DNA from: an uncultured Planctomycetota bacterium
GTDB taxonomy: Bacteria; Planctomycetota; JAJSAM01; JAKLKS01
Assembly (NCBI GenBank): GCA_964555565.1
Contig: CAZKTF010000002.1
Coordinates: 1-46,471, forward strand
DNA length: 46,471 bases
Direction of reading: 5' to 3'
Under the pieces are notes generated by a model. It was not told the DNA's origin, made no database searches, and saw nothing but the letters and a program-made list of their open reading frames with translations. Positions 16,846-24,844 of this stretch are shown here, in pieces. Position 1 is the first letter of the stretch. The number at the start of each line of letters is the position of its first letter. The position numbers were made by a program, and so were the translations under genes.

Positions 16846-17480
16846 TGCCCACCAGCCGCCACCCACGACGAGAGCCCGCGCCTCGGCGGTCGAGGAAGCC
16901 GCCTTCGGCGCGTAGACCGGGGCCCGTGTACCAGGTGCTCGTGACGCTGCGGGAAGTGCGCCCGGCGGTCTGGCGTCGCGTCCTGGTCCCTGGAGACATC
17001 ACCCTTGGGCGACTCCACCGCGTGCTCCAGGCGACCATGGGGTGGGAGGAGAGCCACCTGCACATGTTCCGGGTGCAGGGACGGAGGTTCAGCGACCCCA
17101 GGTTCCAACTCGACGACGACTGGGACGTGAAGGTGCACGATGAGGGCCGCATCACGCTCGAGGCGGCGACCGGCTCAGGGAAGCGGTCCATCGTGTACGA
17201 GCACGACTTCGGTGACCGCTGGCACCACGATCTCAAGGTCGAGCGGGTGCTCGCGCCGGCGGACGCGCCGGCAAAGGTGCCGGCCCTCGCCGCGGGGGAG
17301 CGGGCCTGTCCTCCCGAGGACATCGGCGGCGCGCCGGGCTACGAGGCGTTCCTCTGGGCCATGGCCCACCCGAACCACCGCGAACACGAGCACTACCGCG
17401 AGTGGATCGGCGGCGAGTTCGATCCGGAGCGGTTCGACCTCGAGGCGGCCGACCGCAAGGTCCGCACCCGGACCCGCTGA
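16845..17480 (+). CDS. PRiA4_ORF3 (plasmid pRiA4b ORF-3-like) domain protein
   Basis: VYQVLVTLREVRPAVWRRVLVPGDITLGRLHRVLQATMGWEESHLHMF...YEHDFGDRWHHDLKVERV...CPPEDIGGAPGYEAFL is the characteristic PF07929-type pattern. The ATG overlaps the upstream stop. Confidence 0.85.
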   Translation: MPTSRHPRREPAPRRSRKPPSARRPGPVYQVLVTLREVRPAVWRRVLVPGDITLGRLHRVLQATMGWEESHLHMFRVQGRRFSDPRFQLDDDWDVKVHDEGRITLEAATGSGKRSIVYEHDFGDRWHHDLKVERVLAPADAPAKVPALAAGERACPPEDIGGAPGYEAFLWAMAHPNHREHEHYREWIGGEFDPERFDLEAADRKVRTRTR

Positions 17481-17552
17481 GTTGGTCAAGCGGGCTTGAC
17501 TACCGCAGTGGGATGGTCAATGCCTCTTTACCAGCGAGCAGCGATTGGCGCG

Positions 17553-18143
17553 TCAGCGTCGGTCCCGCGGACGCACAACCGGCCTCCTCGACCTCCACTC
17601 AGGGTCCGCCTCTCCGGCGAAGAGCCCCGGCTGGTCGGTGCTGGGCTCAGCTTTCTCGGCAAGTCGCAGGTCCGCCTCGTTCTGAAGGCGCCCATCACTC
17701 CGAATGTGAAGGAGATCAACCCCCCGGGTCGCGAGAACCCTCCCTACCAGGAGCCGGCGATGGCACCCGGTGGGGTCCTCCTCGCTGCAGAGGATGGCGA
17801 CCCTGGACCGCTTCGCCTCCTCGACCAGACGCCGGACCCCCGCCAGGAACGATGCCCCCCCGGCGAGACGGCCGTAGAGGACATGCCCCTCGGAGTCGTA
17901 GTACTCGTCCCCCTCGGGCCGCCCCCCCAGCTCCTGCAGAAGGAACTCGTAGCGGATCCCGGCCTTGGCCAACGCCGCTTCCAGGGCCGGCCGGTTGAAG
18001 TGCGGCGAGGAGCGGGACCGCGGGACGGACCGGATGTCCGCGACGGCCTCCACGGTGTTGTCCCGCAGGAGGCCGAGGAACTTCGGGAGCGGGTGGTTGG
18101 AGTGCCCGATGGAGAACAGTCCCGGCCCTGTCGGAGTGGTCAT
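17553..18143 (-). CDS. DUF488-family protein
   Basis: LFSIGHSNHPLPKFLGLL...VADIRSVPRSRSSPHFN...GIRYEFL.ELGG...AILCSEEDPTGCHR matches the DUF488 signature. Confidence 0.85.
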   Translation of the reverse strand: MTTPTGPGLFSIGHSNHPLPKFLGLLRDNTVEAVADIRSVPRSRSSPHFNRPALEAALAKAGIRYEFLLQELGGRPEGDEYYDSEGHVLYGRLAGGASFLAGVRRLVEEAKRSRVAILCSEEDPTGCHRRLLVGRVLATRGVDLLHIRSDGRLQNEADLRLAEKAEPSTDQPGLFAGEADPEWRSRRPVVRPRDRR

Positions 18144-19027
18144 GGTGCGGGCTTCGTAGGAGTGGCCGCGGAGAGGAGGACGACGCGGCAGTCGGCGTTG
18201 AGGACCTGCGTTCCCCCCTTCAGAGTGATCAGGGGCTGACTCCAGTAGCAGTGCCCTCGCACCACGAGCACGGGTGGCCGCCGCTCCAGGATCTCCCGAA
18301 CCGCCGGGATGCCGAGGAGCCCCAGCGACGGGAAGTCAGGCCCATCATGGAGCGCGAGGATATCGACCCCGGAGTCGAGTACACGCTCGACCGCCGCGAG
18401 GTAGTCGGACTCGGTCATGCGGAAGAGCCGGGTCGGCTTGCCGATCACCCCGGAGACACCACCGATCCTCAGACCATCGAGGTCCACGGTTTCTCCGTCA
18501 AGGAAGTGCGCCCTGGGGACCCCCAAGAGGGGCCGACGCTCCGATCGGTGCGCATGCTCCCCGAAGACGTCGTGATTCCCTGCGACTCCGGCGACCCACC
18601 GGAACCGGTCAGCGATTGCCCGCCACACCTCGCGGACATCTCCGTGCGTCCCCCTCTTGGCAAGCTCGGGATGGGCGTACAGGTCCCCGCACAGGATCAC
18701 CCCCACGCGATCCGCAGGCGGGAGCCGCCCGTCACCGCACCATCCAGCCAGGGTCTCCGCGACCTGGCAACCGAGAAGGCGGAGGGAACCCTCAGCCCCG
18801 GGTCGCGGTGGCTCTCGCCCCTGGAGGTCGGAGGCGACCACCAGGGTCTCGACGCCTGGCGGGAGGGCATTCACGACACCGCGGAGGACCGAGAGGTGTC
18901 GCTCGACCGCGACTCCCCCCCTTCCGGCATCCAGGTACTGGATCCGGTCCCACGGCTCCATCTCAATGCCCGACAGGTAGATACGCACGATGTCTCCTGT
19001 ACCTCGGGCCCGGCGTTCCGGCGACAT
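18140..19027 (-). CDS. Calcineurin-like metallophosphoesterase
   Basis: LVVASDLQG..., ILCGDLY, VAGNHD and ALHDGP motifs appear in the expected order. The stop overlaps the DUF488 start (ATGA at 18140-18143). Confidence 0.75.
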   Translation of the reverse strand: MSPERRARGTGDIVRIYLSGIEMEPWDRIQYLDAGRGGVAVERHLSVLRGVVNALPPGVETLVVASDLQGREPPRPGAEGSLRLLGCQVAETLAGWCGDGRLPPADRVGVILCGDLYAHPELAKRGTHGDVREVWRAIADRFRWVAGVAGNHDVFGEHAHRSERRPLLGVPRAHFLDGETVDLDGLRIGGVSGVIGKPTRLFRMTESDYLAAVERVLDSGVDILALHDGPDFPSLGLLGIPAVREILERRPPVLVVRGHCYWSQPLITLKGGTQVLNADCRVVLLSAATPTKPAP

Positions 19028-19071
19028 GGACTCTGGGGGGCCCCATCATCTGACTTCACTAAACTATGGCA

Positions 19072-19100
19072 CTTGACAATACGGTCAAGTATCGTATTTT
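19072..19100 (+). promoter_or_regulatory. Near-consensus sigma-70-type promoter with interleaved palindromes; probably a leaderless transcript
   Basis: TTGACA (19073-19078), 16-nt spacer, TATTTT (19095-19100). ATG at 19109. CTTGAC/GTCAAG (19072-77/19084-89) and AATACG/CGTATT (19078-83/19093-98) are interleaved inverted repeats. Local AT-rich patch. Confidence 0.5.
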
Positions 19101-19108
19101 AGTAAAGC

Positions 19109-20170
19109 ATGGCCAGGCAGATCGACCGGATCGCGCAGCAGGAGGTGCCCCGCCTGCTGGGGATGCACCTCGGGCTCCCGGTACCGACGGGCTGGAAGGT
19201 GGGCCGGCACGACCAGGGCTTCGAGATGGTGCTGGTCGGGCCTCATGGGAGGTTCCTCATCGCGGTGAAGTCGGCCGGGTCCAGCAGCCACCTCCGGGCG
19301 GTCATCGCGAGGTTGAAGGAACAGCAGCGCCGGCACTCGAGCAAGGACATCCCTCTGCTGGTCGTCCCGTACATGGGGGACCAGGGTCGGGACATGTGCC
19401 GCGAGGCCGGGATCTCCTGGATGGACCTGTCCGGCAACGCGGAGATCCGGGCTGCGGACCTGGTCGTCAACATCCGGGGTCGCCCGAACGTCTACCCCTC
19501 TCGGGGGCGCCCGTCGAGCGCGTTCGCACCCAAGAGCGCCCGGATCACCCGCTTCCTCCTCCAGGATCCGAAGGTGCCCCGCAGCCAGCGCGAGATCGCC
19601 AGGGCCGTCTCCCTTGGCGAGGGCTACGTGAGCCGGATCGTCCGCCGGCTCGTGGAGGACCTGTTGCTCACGAAGGACGAGTCCGGCCGGGTGCTGGTAC
19701 CCGAGCCCGACCGCTTGCTGGACGCGTGGAGCGACGAGGAGGACTTCGCGCGCCACCGGACTCAGCGTGGGTTCGTGGCCGCAAAGTCCGGGCAGGAACT
19801 CATCGACCGGCTGAACGATGCCCTGGCGCCCTCGGGGGAACAGTACGCGTTCACCGGCCTCGCGGGGGCCTGGCTCTTGACCAGGTTCGCCACGTTCCGG
19901 ATGGCGACCGTGTTCGTCCTCGCGCCTCCCTCCCCCACCGTCCTCTCCAAGGCGCGGTTCCTCGACGAGCCGAAGGGGGCGAACTGCTGGCTGGTCGTGC
20001 CGCGCGACGAAGGCGTGTTCCATGGCGCAAGGTCTGTCCACGGCGTACCCTGCGCGAGCCCGGTCCAGGTCTACGTGGACCTGAAGGACCACCCGGAACG
20101 GGCGAAGGAAGCCGCCGAGGAGATCCGTCGCACCTCACTGCCTTGGAGGTCTCGTGGTTCCGAAGCCTAG
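19109..20170 (+). CDS. wHTH regulator, AbiEi_3-like antitoxin candidate
   Basis: Central MarR-like SQREIARAVSLGEGYVSRIVRRLVEDLLL. C-terminal ...ASPVQVYVDLKDHPERAKEAAEEIR resembles AbiEi_3-type antitoxins. It sits directly upstream of, and overlaps, a nucleotidyltransferase gene. Confidence 0.55.
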   Translation: MARQIDRIAQQEVPRLLGMHLGLPVPTGWKVGRHDQGFEMVLVGPHGRFLIAVKSAGSSSHLRAVIARLKEQQRRHSSKDIPLLVVPYMGDQGRDMCREAGISWMDLSGNAEIRAADLVVNIRGRPNVYPSRGRPSSAFAPKSARITRFLLQDPKVPRSQREIARAVSLGEGYVSRIVRRLVEDLLLTKDESGRVLVPEPDRLLDAWSDEEDFARHRTQRGFVAAKSGQELIDRLNDALAPSGEQYAFTGLAGAWLLTRFATFRMATVFVLAPPSPTVLSKARFLDEPKGANCWLVVPRDEGVFHGARSVHGVPCASPVQVYVDLKDHPERAKEAAEEIRRTSLPWRSRGSEA

Positions 20171-21017
20171 CCGTGCGAGCGAGTATCCGCCGGGCGCCCT
20201 GGACCGCGCGCGCCGCGCCTGTCTGCTCGTCGCGACCGTTCTGGGGGACCTCATGGACGAGATCGTGATCGTCGGGGGGCTCGTCCCCCACTTCCTCGTC
20301 GGCGATCGAGAAGGTGAGGGCGCGGAACCCTACGCGGGCACCCTGGACCTCGACATCGGACTCTCCCTCGGCCTCCTCGACGAGGAGAAGTACAAGGAGG
20401 TCGCCAGCCGGCTGGGGGGACAGGGGTTCAAGCCCGACAAGAACGACCAGGGCAGCCCGACCTTCCAGCGATGGACCATTGACGACCGCGACGGAGGGCG
20501 GGTCCTCGTGGACTTCCTCATGCCGCCGCCTCCCCGGACACCGGACAAGACCCGGGTCCACCACCTCGAGGCCGGCTTCGCGGCCGTCCTCATCCCCGGG
20601 CTCCACCTCGCCTTCCGTGACCGGGTGCGCGTCGTCCTCGATGGCCGGACGAGTCGCGATGAGGTCGCACGACGGGAGATCTGGGTCTGCGGGCCAGGGG
20701 CGTTCATCGTCCTGAAGGCACTCGCGTTCCGCATGCGGGGTGAGAACAAGGACGCCTATGACCTGTACTACGTCCTGCGGCACCTGCCGGCCGGACTGGC
20801 GGACATCCAGGCACGAATCACTCCCTTCCTGGAGGACCCCAAGACGCAGGAGGCCCTCGGGTACCTCCACGAGGACTTCGGGGCGCCCGATCGCACCGGA
20901 CCCAAGCGGGCGGCGGCCTTCCTCTTCGGCCGGGACGACGACACCGTCCAGGCGGATGTCTCCGGCTTTGCGAGGACCCTGGTCGAACGCCTCCGTGGTG
21001 GTGGTCCAGTAGCCTGA
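20154..21017 (+). CDS. Nucleotidyltransferase-fold protein, AbiEii/DUF1814-like toxin candidate
   Basis: IVIVGGLVPHFLV...GTLDLDIGL (the hG[GS]...DxD NTase motif) and KDAYDLYYVL. Start uncertain: GTG 20154 overlaps the upstream gene by 17 nt. Confidence 0.6.
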   Translation: MVPKPSRASEYPPGALDRARRACLLVATVLGDLMDEIVIVGGLVPHFLVGDREGEGAEPYAGTLDLDIGLSLGLLDEEKYKEVASRLGGQGFKPDKNDQGSPTFQRWTIDDRDGGRVLVDFLMPPPPRTPDKTRVHHLEAGFAAVLIPGLHLAFRDRVRVVLDGRTSRDEVARREIWVCGPGAFIVLKALAFRMRGENKDAYDLYYVLRHLPAGLADIQARITPFLEDPKTQEALGYLHEDFGAPDRTGPKRAAAFLFGRDDDTVQADVSGFARTLVERLRGGGPVA

Positions 21018-21211
21018 CGCAGGACCGGTGACGAGATGAGGGACACACTTCAGGGCCCCCCTCGTGACTCGCCCCAGGGCCCCCCCGGGGAGAAGTTCCA
21101 CGGCCGCCAAGGGCCCTCGTAGGCTGCGTCACACCTCCCGTGCAGTTCGGGAGATACGCACGCCGGGGCTCGACAGCGGTGTGACCCGGCGTGCGCCGCG
21201 TGCCTCGCAGC

Positions 21212-21288
<77 letters not shown>

Positions 21289-21414
21289 CCGTAACCCCGC
21301 TCAAACCCGCGTGTTCCGCGGACTTGGGGCGGAAGGGCGCCCCGGTGGCCCTGGGGTGCGAGGCGATGCATGCTGCAGAGCGCGATTCCGACGCCGCCGT
21401 GGGACGATTCCGGC

Positions 21415-22776
21415 ATGTCGGAAGCCGGAGAGACTCCCGTCCGCGGTCGAGCGGACGACGCCGATGAGCACCGCGTCGCCGTCGCGCTCCGCGGCGCGCT
21501 CGCCACGCGCCGCCACGGGGAGATGCTCTTCGACATGGCGGCGGACCTCCTCGGGCCGGCGGCCCGGGTGGAAGCCCCCGGCGACGGGACCTACCGGCGC
21601 CTGTTCCGGATCGAGGGGCCGGAGCCCCGGTGGGTCATCCCCTGGCCTCTCCTCACCCTCTCCCTGAAGGCTCCGGGGCACCTCGAGATGGAGATCCCGG
21701 GCCTCAAGCCGGCTCCGCCGCGGCTCCCCCGGCCGGGGAAGGCGCCGAACCTCCGGGGTCTCGGGCCGGGCTGGATCACGATCCACGACGGCACGCGCCA
21801 CCTCCAGGTGGGCTACGAGGAGGACGGTCGCTGGTGCGAGACCTGCCGGCACGGCCCCCCGGGGACCCTGGAGGGGCTCCTCCCGGTGCTGGCCGGCGGC
21901 GGCGCCCCGGCGGTGGAGCGCATCGCGGACTTCGTCGCCGGCCTCGACATCGCCCGCCACGGGCCCGCCAGGGCGTACCTCCCCGGCCCGGGAGGTTGCG
22001 ATGCCGCGGGAGCGTGGACCGGCGGTCTCTCCGCCATCCGCGAGGCGCTCGCGCGTGGGACGATCCCGGAGGGCGCCCGGTGGGTCGCCGCCGACGCCTT
22101 CGGAGGCCGGGCGCTGGCCTGGGGCGCGACCCGGGACGAGGCGCTGTTCGCCTGGAGCGCCGAGGTCGAGAGGGTCCGGCCGGGTCCTGGTCCTCCCATG
22201 GGAATGCCGGAGCCCGGACCGGACCTCCCCGACCCGCAGGAGCCCTGGAAGGGGGAGGACCCCCAGGGGGCCCCCGGCCTGGGGTTCGGAATCCACTTCC
22301 CGGGGCCGGTCCCCCTCGGCCCCGCGCCGCCGCCCCCCCCCCCGGAGTCCGTCCCCGGCGCGCTGGTCCCGCTCGGGGACCTCCCGGCCGGCCCCCCGCC
22401 GCTCGGGGAGTGGAGGCGCTTCCTCGGGGCATGCGGGAACACCGTGCCCGCGGCGGTCCGGGCCGATCCCCAGGGATGGACCGTCGTCGGGGATCGGGTC
22501 CTCGCGGCGCTCGGAATCCCCGACATCGAATCCGCGATGGACGAGGCCGATCGCGGGCACGAGATCCTGATGCGGAAGCATTCCCTGCGGCGGCCGCCGG
22601 GGATCCCGGAGCCGCCCTTCCGCGGGCGACACTACCGGCTCGTGGCCGAGACCAGCGGAACGCCCGTGGTCCCCCTCGTGGAGCTGTCCGGGGGGCTGCA
22701 GGAGTCGCGCATCCCGGCCGTGGACGGGGACTCGATCAGCAGCCGGGCAGTGCGCGTGCGGCCGGCGAACGGGTGA
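21415..22776 (+). CDS. Uncharacterised protein, family A (paralog 2)
   Basis: MSEAGETPVRG...EHRVAVALRGALATRRHGEMLFDM... is collinear with 15457-16845. The ATG lies 127 nt after tRNA-Asp copy 2. Contains a C11 run (22333-22343). Confidence 0.7.
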   Translation: MSEAGETPVRGRADDADEHRVAVALRGALATRRHGEMLFDMAADLLGPAARVEAPGDGTYRRLFRIEGPEPRWVIPWPLLTLSLKAPGHLEMEIPGLKPAPPRLPRPGKAPNLRGLGPGWITIHDGTRHLQVGYEEDGRWCETCRHGPPGTLEGLLPVLAGGGAPAVERIADFVAGLDIARHGPARAYLPGPGGCDAAGAWTGGLSAIREALARGTIPEGARWVAADAFGGRALAWGATRDEALFAWSAEVERVRPGPGPPMGMPEPGPDLPDPQEPWKGEDPQGAPGLGFGIHFPGPVPLGPAPPPPPPESVPGALVPLGDLPAGPPPLGEWRRFLGACGNTVPAAVRADPQGWTVVGDRVLAALGIPDIESAMDEADRGHEILMRKHSLRRPPGIPEPPFRGRHYRLVAETSGTPVVPLVELSGGLQESRIPAVDGDSISSRAVRVRPANG

Positions 22777-22800
22777 CGGGCGTCCCGGATCCCCGGGGAG

Positions 22801-24693
22801 TCACGGGGCCGCCCCCGCCGGGGCCCCCCCCTCCGCCGGACGGACCGCCGGCGCCCGCCCCCGCGGCCGGACGTCCCCCATGTGCGTGAGGACCTCGACC
22901 ATGCGCTCGAGCGTCGGGCCGTCCCCGGGGCGGCCGAAGTTGCGGAGCACGATCTCCTTCGCGAAGAGGTGGACGAGGTAGCGCAGGCGACGGGACTCCT
23001 CCGCGGCCGCCTCCGCGTAGTCCCTGTGCGCGGTGTTGTACTCCCACGCGCCGTCGCGCAGCCGCGAACGCCAGGGTCCGCCGGGATCGTGGACCGGCAG
23101 CGGCTCGGGAATCCCCTCGGCGCCGGGGGCGGCCGCGGGGGAATCCACGACCAGGATCCGCGCCTCGGCCTCGGCCCGCACCTCGCCCTGGACGGCCCGG
23201 ACGAGGATGCGCGCCTCGACCGGCTCCTCGGGGGCCTCGTAGTCGGCCCGGTCGCCCCGCTCGCCCAGGATCCCGGGGCCGAGGAGGGTCCACGTGAACT
23301 CCACCGCACCGGCCGCGGGACGCCCGTCCGCGTCCAGCGCCGACGCGCGGAAGGTCCGCCGTCCCCCGGGCGGGAGGCGGACCAGGGAGGGCCGGATCCG
23401 CAGGGAGGCGAGGGGCCCCGGGGGGAACAGGGCGGGGCCCCCGGGGTGGGCGGCCTCCGGGAGGGGCTCCCCCTCCTCCCCGGGCGCGAGCGGTTCGCCG
23501 CCGGCGGCGGGCGGCGCCGCCCCGGGCGAACCCCCGTCCGCGGCCACGCGCCCCCCCGGCTCGCCGCGGCCCCGGATGTCGAACAGTTCGTACTCCGGGA
23601 GGAGACGCGCCATGGGGCGGAAGACGCGCCGGATCTCCCGGGCGAGGTTGCGGTCCTGCTCCTCCCCGCGGCGGTGGTCGTCCGCGGCGAGGGCGCCGGC
23701 GAGGGCGATCTCGAGCCCCCGGAGGGCGTCGAGGAACGCCAGCGCCGCACCGTCGTGGGCGAATCCCCGCCGCGTCCCCGGCGCGACGCTCAGTTCGGGG
23801 AAGTCCACGACGCCCTCCAGGCGCCCGGAATCCCAGGGGGCCCGCGACGTCCCCGACCCGTCGGCCCCGGCGACGTCGTCGAGCACCGTGGTCCCGCCGC
23901 AGGCCAGCGAGACCCTCCCCGGGTCGTCCTCGGGGTCGAGAAGGTAGACCTCGACGCGGGCGGGGTCGCGGCCGGGGACCGGCAGTTCCGCCAGTTCGCG
24001 CAGGAGCCGGCCGCGGAACCTCCGCGGGCGCACGGCGAACTCCTTCATGGAGCGGCCCCGGGCGACCCTGTCGTGGATGCGGACCGCCGCCGTGCGGGCG
24101 AGGAGCTGGCCGCGCAGTTCCGCGGCGAGGTAGGCGTGGAGGCGGCCGGGCCGGATCTGCCGCTCCGCCCCCTCGTGGACGCCGAGGATGGTCACCTCGG
24201 TGAAGGTGGCCGCTTCGTCCAGCCGCCGCGCGCGGGCGCGGCCGAGTTCGGCGTCGGGGGAATCCTCGTGAAGGCGGAGCGTCCAGGCCTCGGAGCCCGA
24301 CACGCGGCTCCGGATCTCCATGGTCCCGCCGACGGCCCAGAATCCCAGCAGGCCGATGCCGTACTGGCCCAGCGCCATCAGCCGCTGGCGCTCGGCGGGC
24401 GTGAGGGACCGCTTGTAGGAGTGGCCGATGGTGGTGGCGATGCGCCGGAGCGCCTCTTCGCGCAAGAGGTCGGGGAAGACGCCGCGCCCGTCGTCCCACA
24501 CGCGGAGCGCCCGGAGGCCCCTCTCGCTGAACCAGGTCAGATCGATCCTCGTGGCCTCCGCGTCGAGCGAGTTCTGGACCAGTTCCGCCACCGCCTTGCG
24601 CGGGTCATGCTGGCTGCGGGCGAGCAGCCGGATGAGGTCGAAGGGGTTCGCCGGCTTGAGCCGGATCCGGCGCGTCTGCGGGGCGCGGGGCAT
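22801..24693 (-). CDS. GHKL-superfamily (MORC/HATPase_c_3-like) ATPase
   Basis: Bergerat-fold motifs in order: ELVQNSLDA (N box), VWDDGRGV (G1), LGQYGIGLLGFW (G2). No HisKA domain and no TM helix. 630 aa. Confidence 0.8.
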   Translation of the reverse strand: MPRAPQTRRIRLKPANPFDLIRLLARSQHDPRKAVAELVQNSLDAEATRIDLTWFSERGLRALRVWDDGRGVFPDLLREEALRRIATTIGHSYKRSLTPAERQRLMALGQYGIGLLGFWAVGGTMEIRSRVSGSEAWTLRLHEDSPDAELGRARARRLDEAATFTEVTILGVHEGAERQIRPGRLHAYLAAELRGQLLARTAAVRIHDRVARGRSMKEFAVRPRRFRGRLLRELAELPVPGRDPARVEVYLLDPEDDPGRVSLACGGTTVLDDVAGADGSGTSRAPWDSGRLEGVVDFPELSVAPGTRRGFAHDGAALAFLDALRGLEIALAGALAADDHRRGEEQDRNLAREIRRVFRPMARLLPEYELFDIRGRGEPGGRVAADGGSPGAAPPAAGGEPLAPGEEGEPLPEAAHPGGPALFPPGPLASLRIRPSLVRLPPGGRRTFRASALDADGRPAAGAVEFTWTLLGPGILGERGDRADYEAPEEPVEARILVRAVQGEVRAEAEARILVVDSPAAAPGAEGIPEPLPVHDPGGPWRSRLRDGAWEYNTAHRDYAEAAAEESRRLRYLVHLFAKEIVLRNFGRPGDGPTLERMVEVLTHMGDVRPRGRAPAVRPAEGGAPAGAAP

Positions 24694-24844
24694 GGGTGGA
24701 TCCTACTTTCCCCCGCCCGCCGGGATTCCGCAAGGCCCGTCGCCGCCAGGTCGGCCGGGCCCCATCCGAGTGCTTCCGGAAGGACCCGGTCGGGTCTAGA
24801 TTCCCCTCCGGGTCGATCCACATCCGGACGAGGGAGGCTGCACG

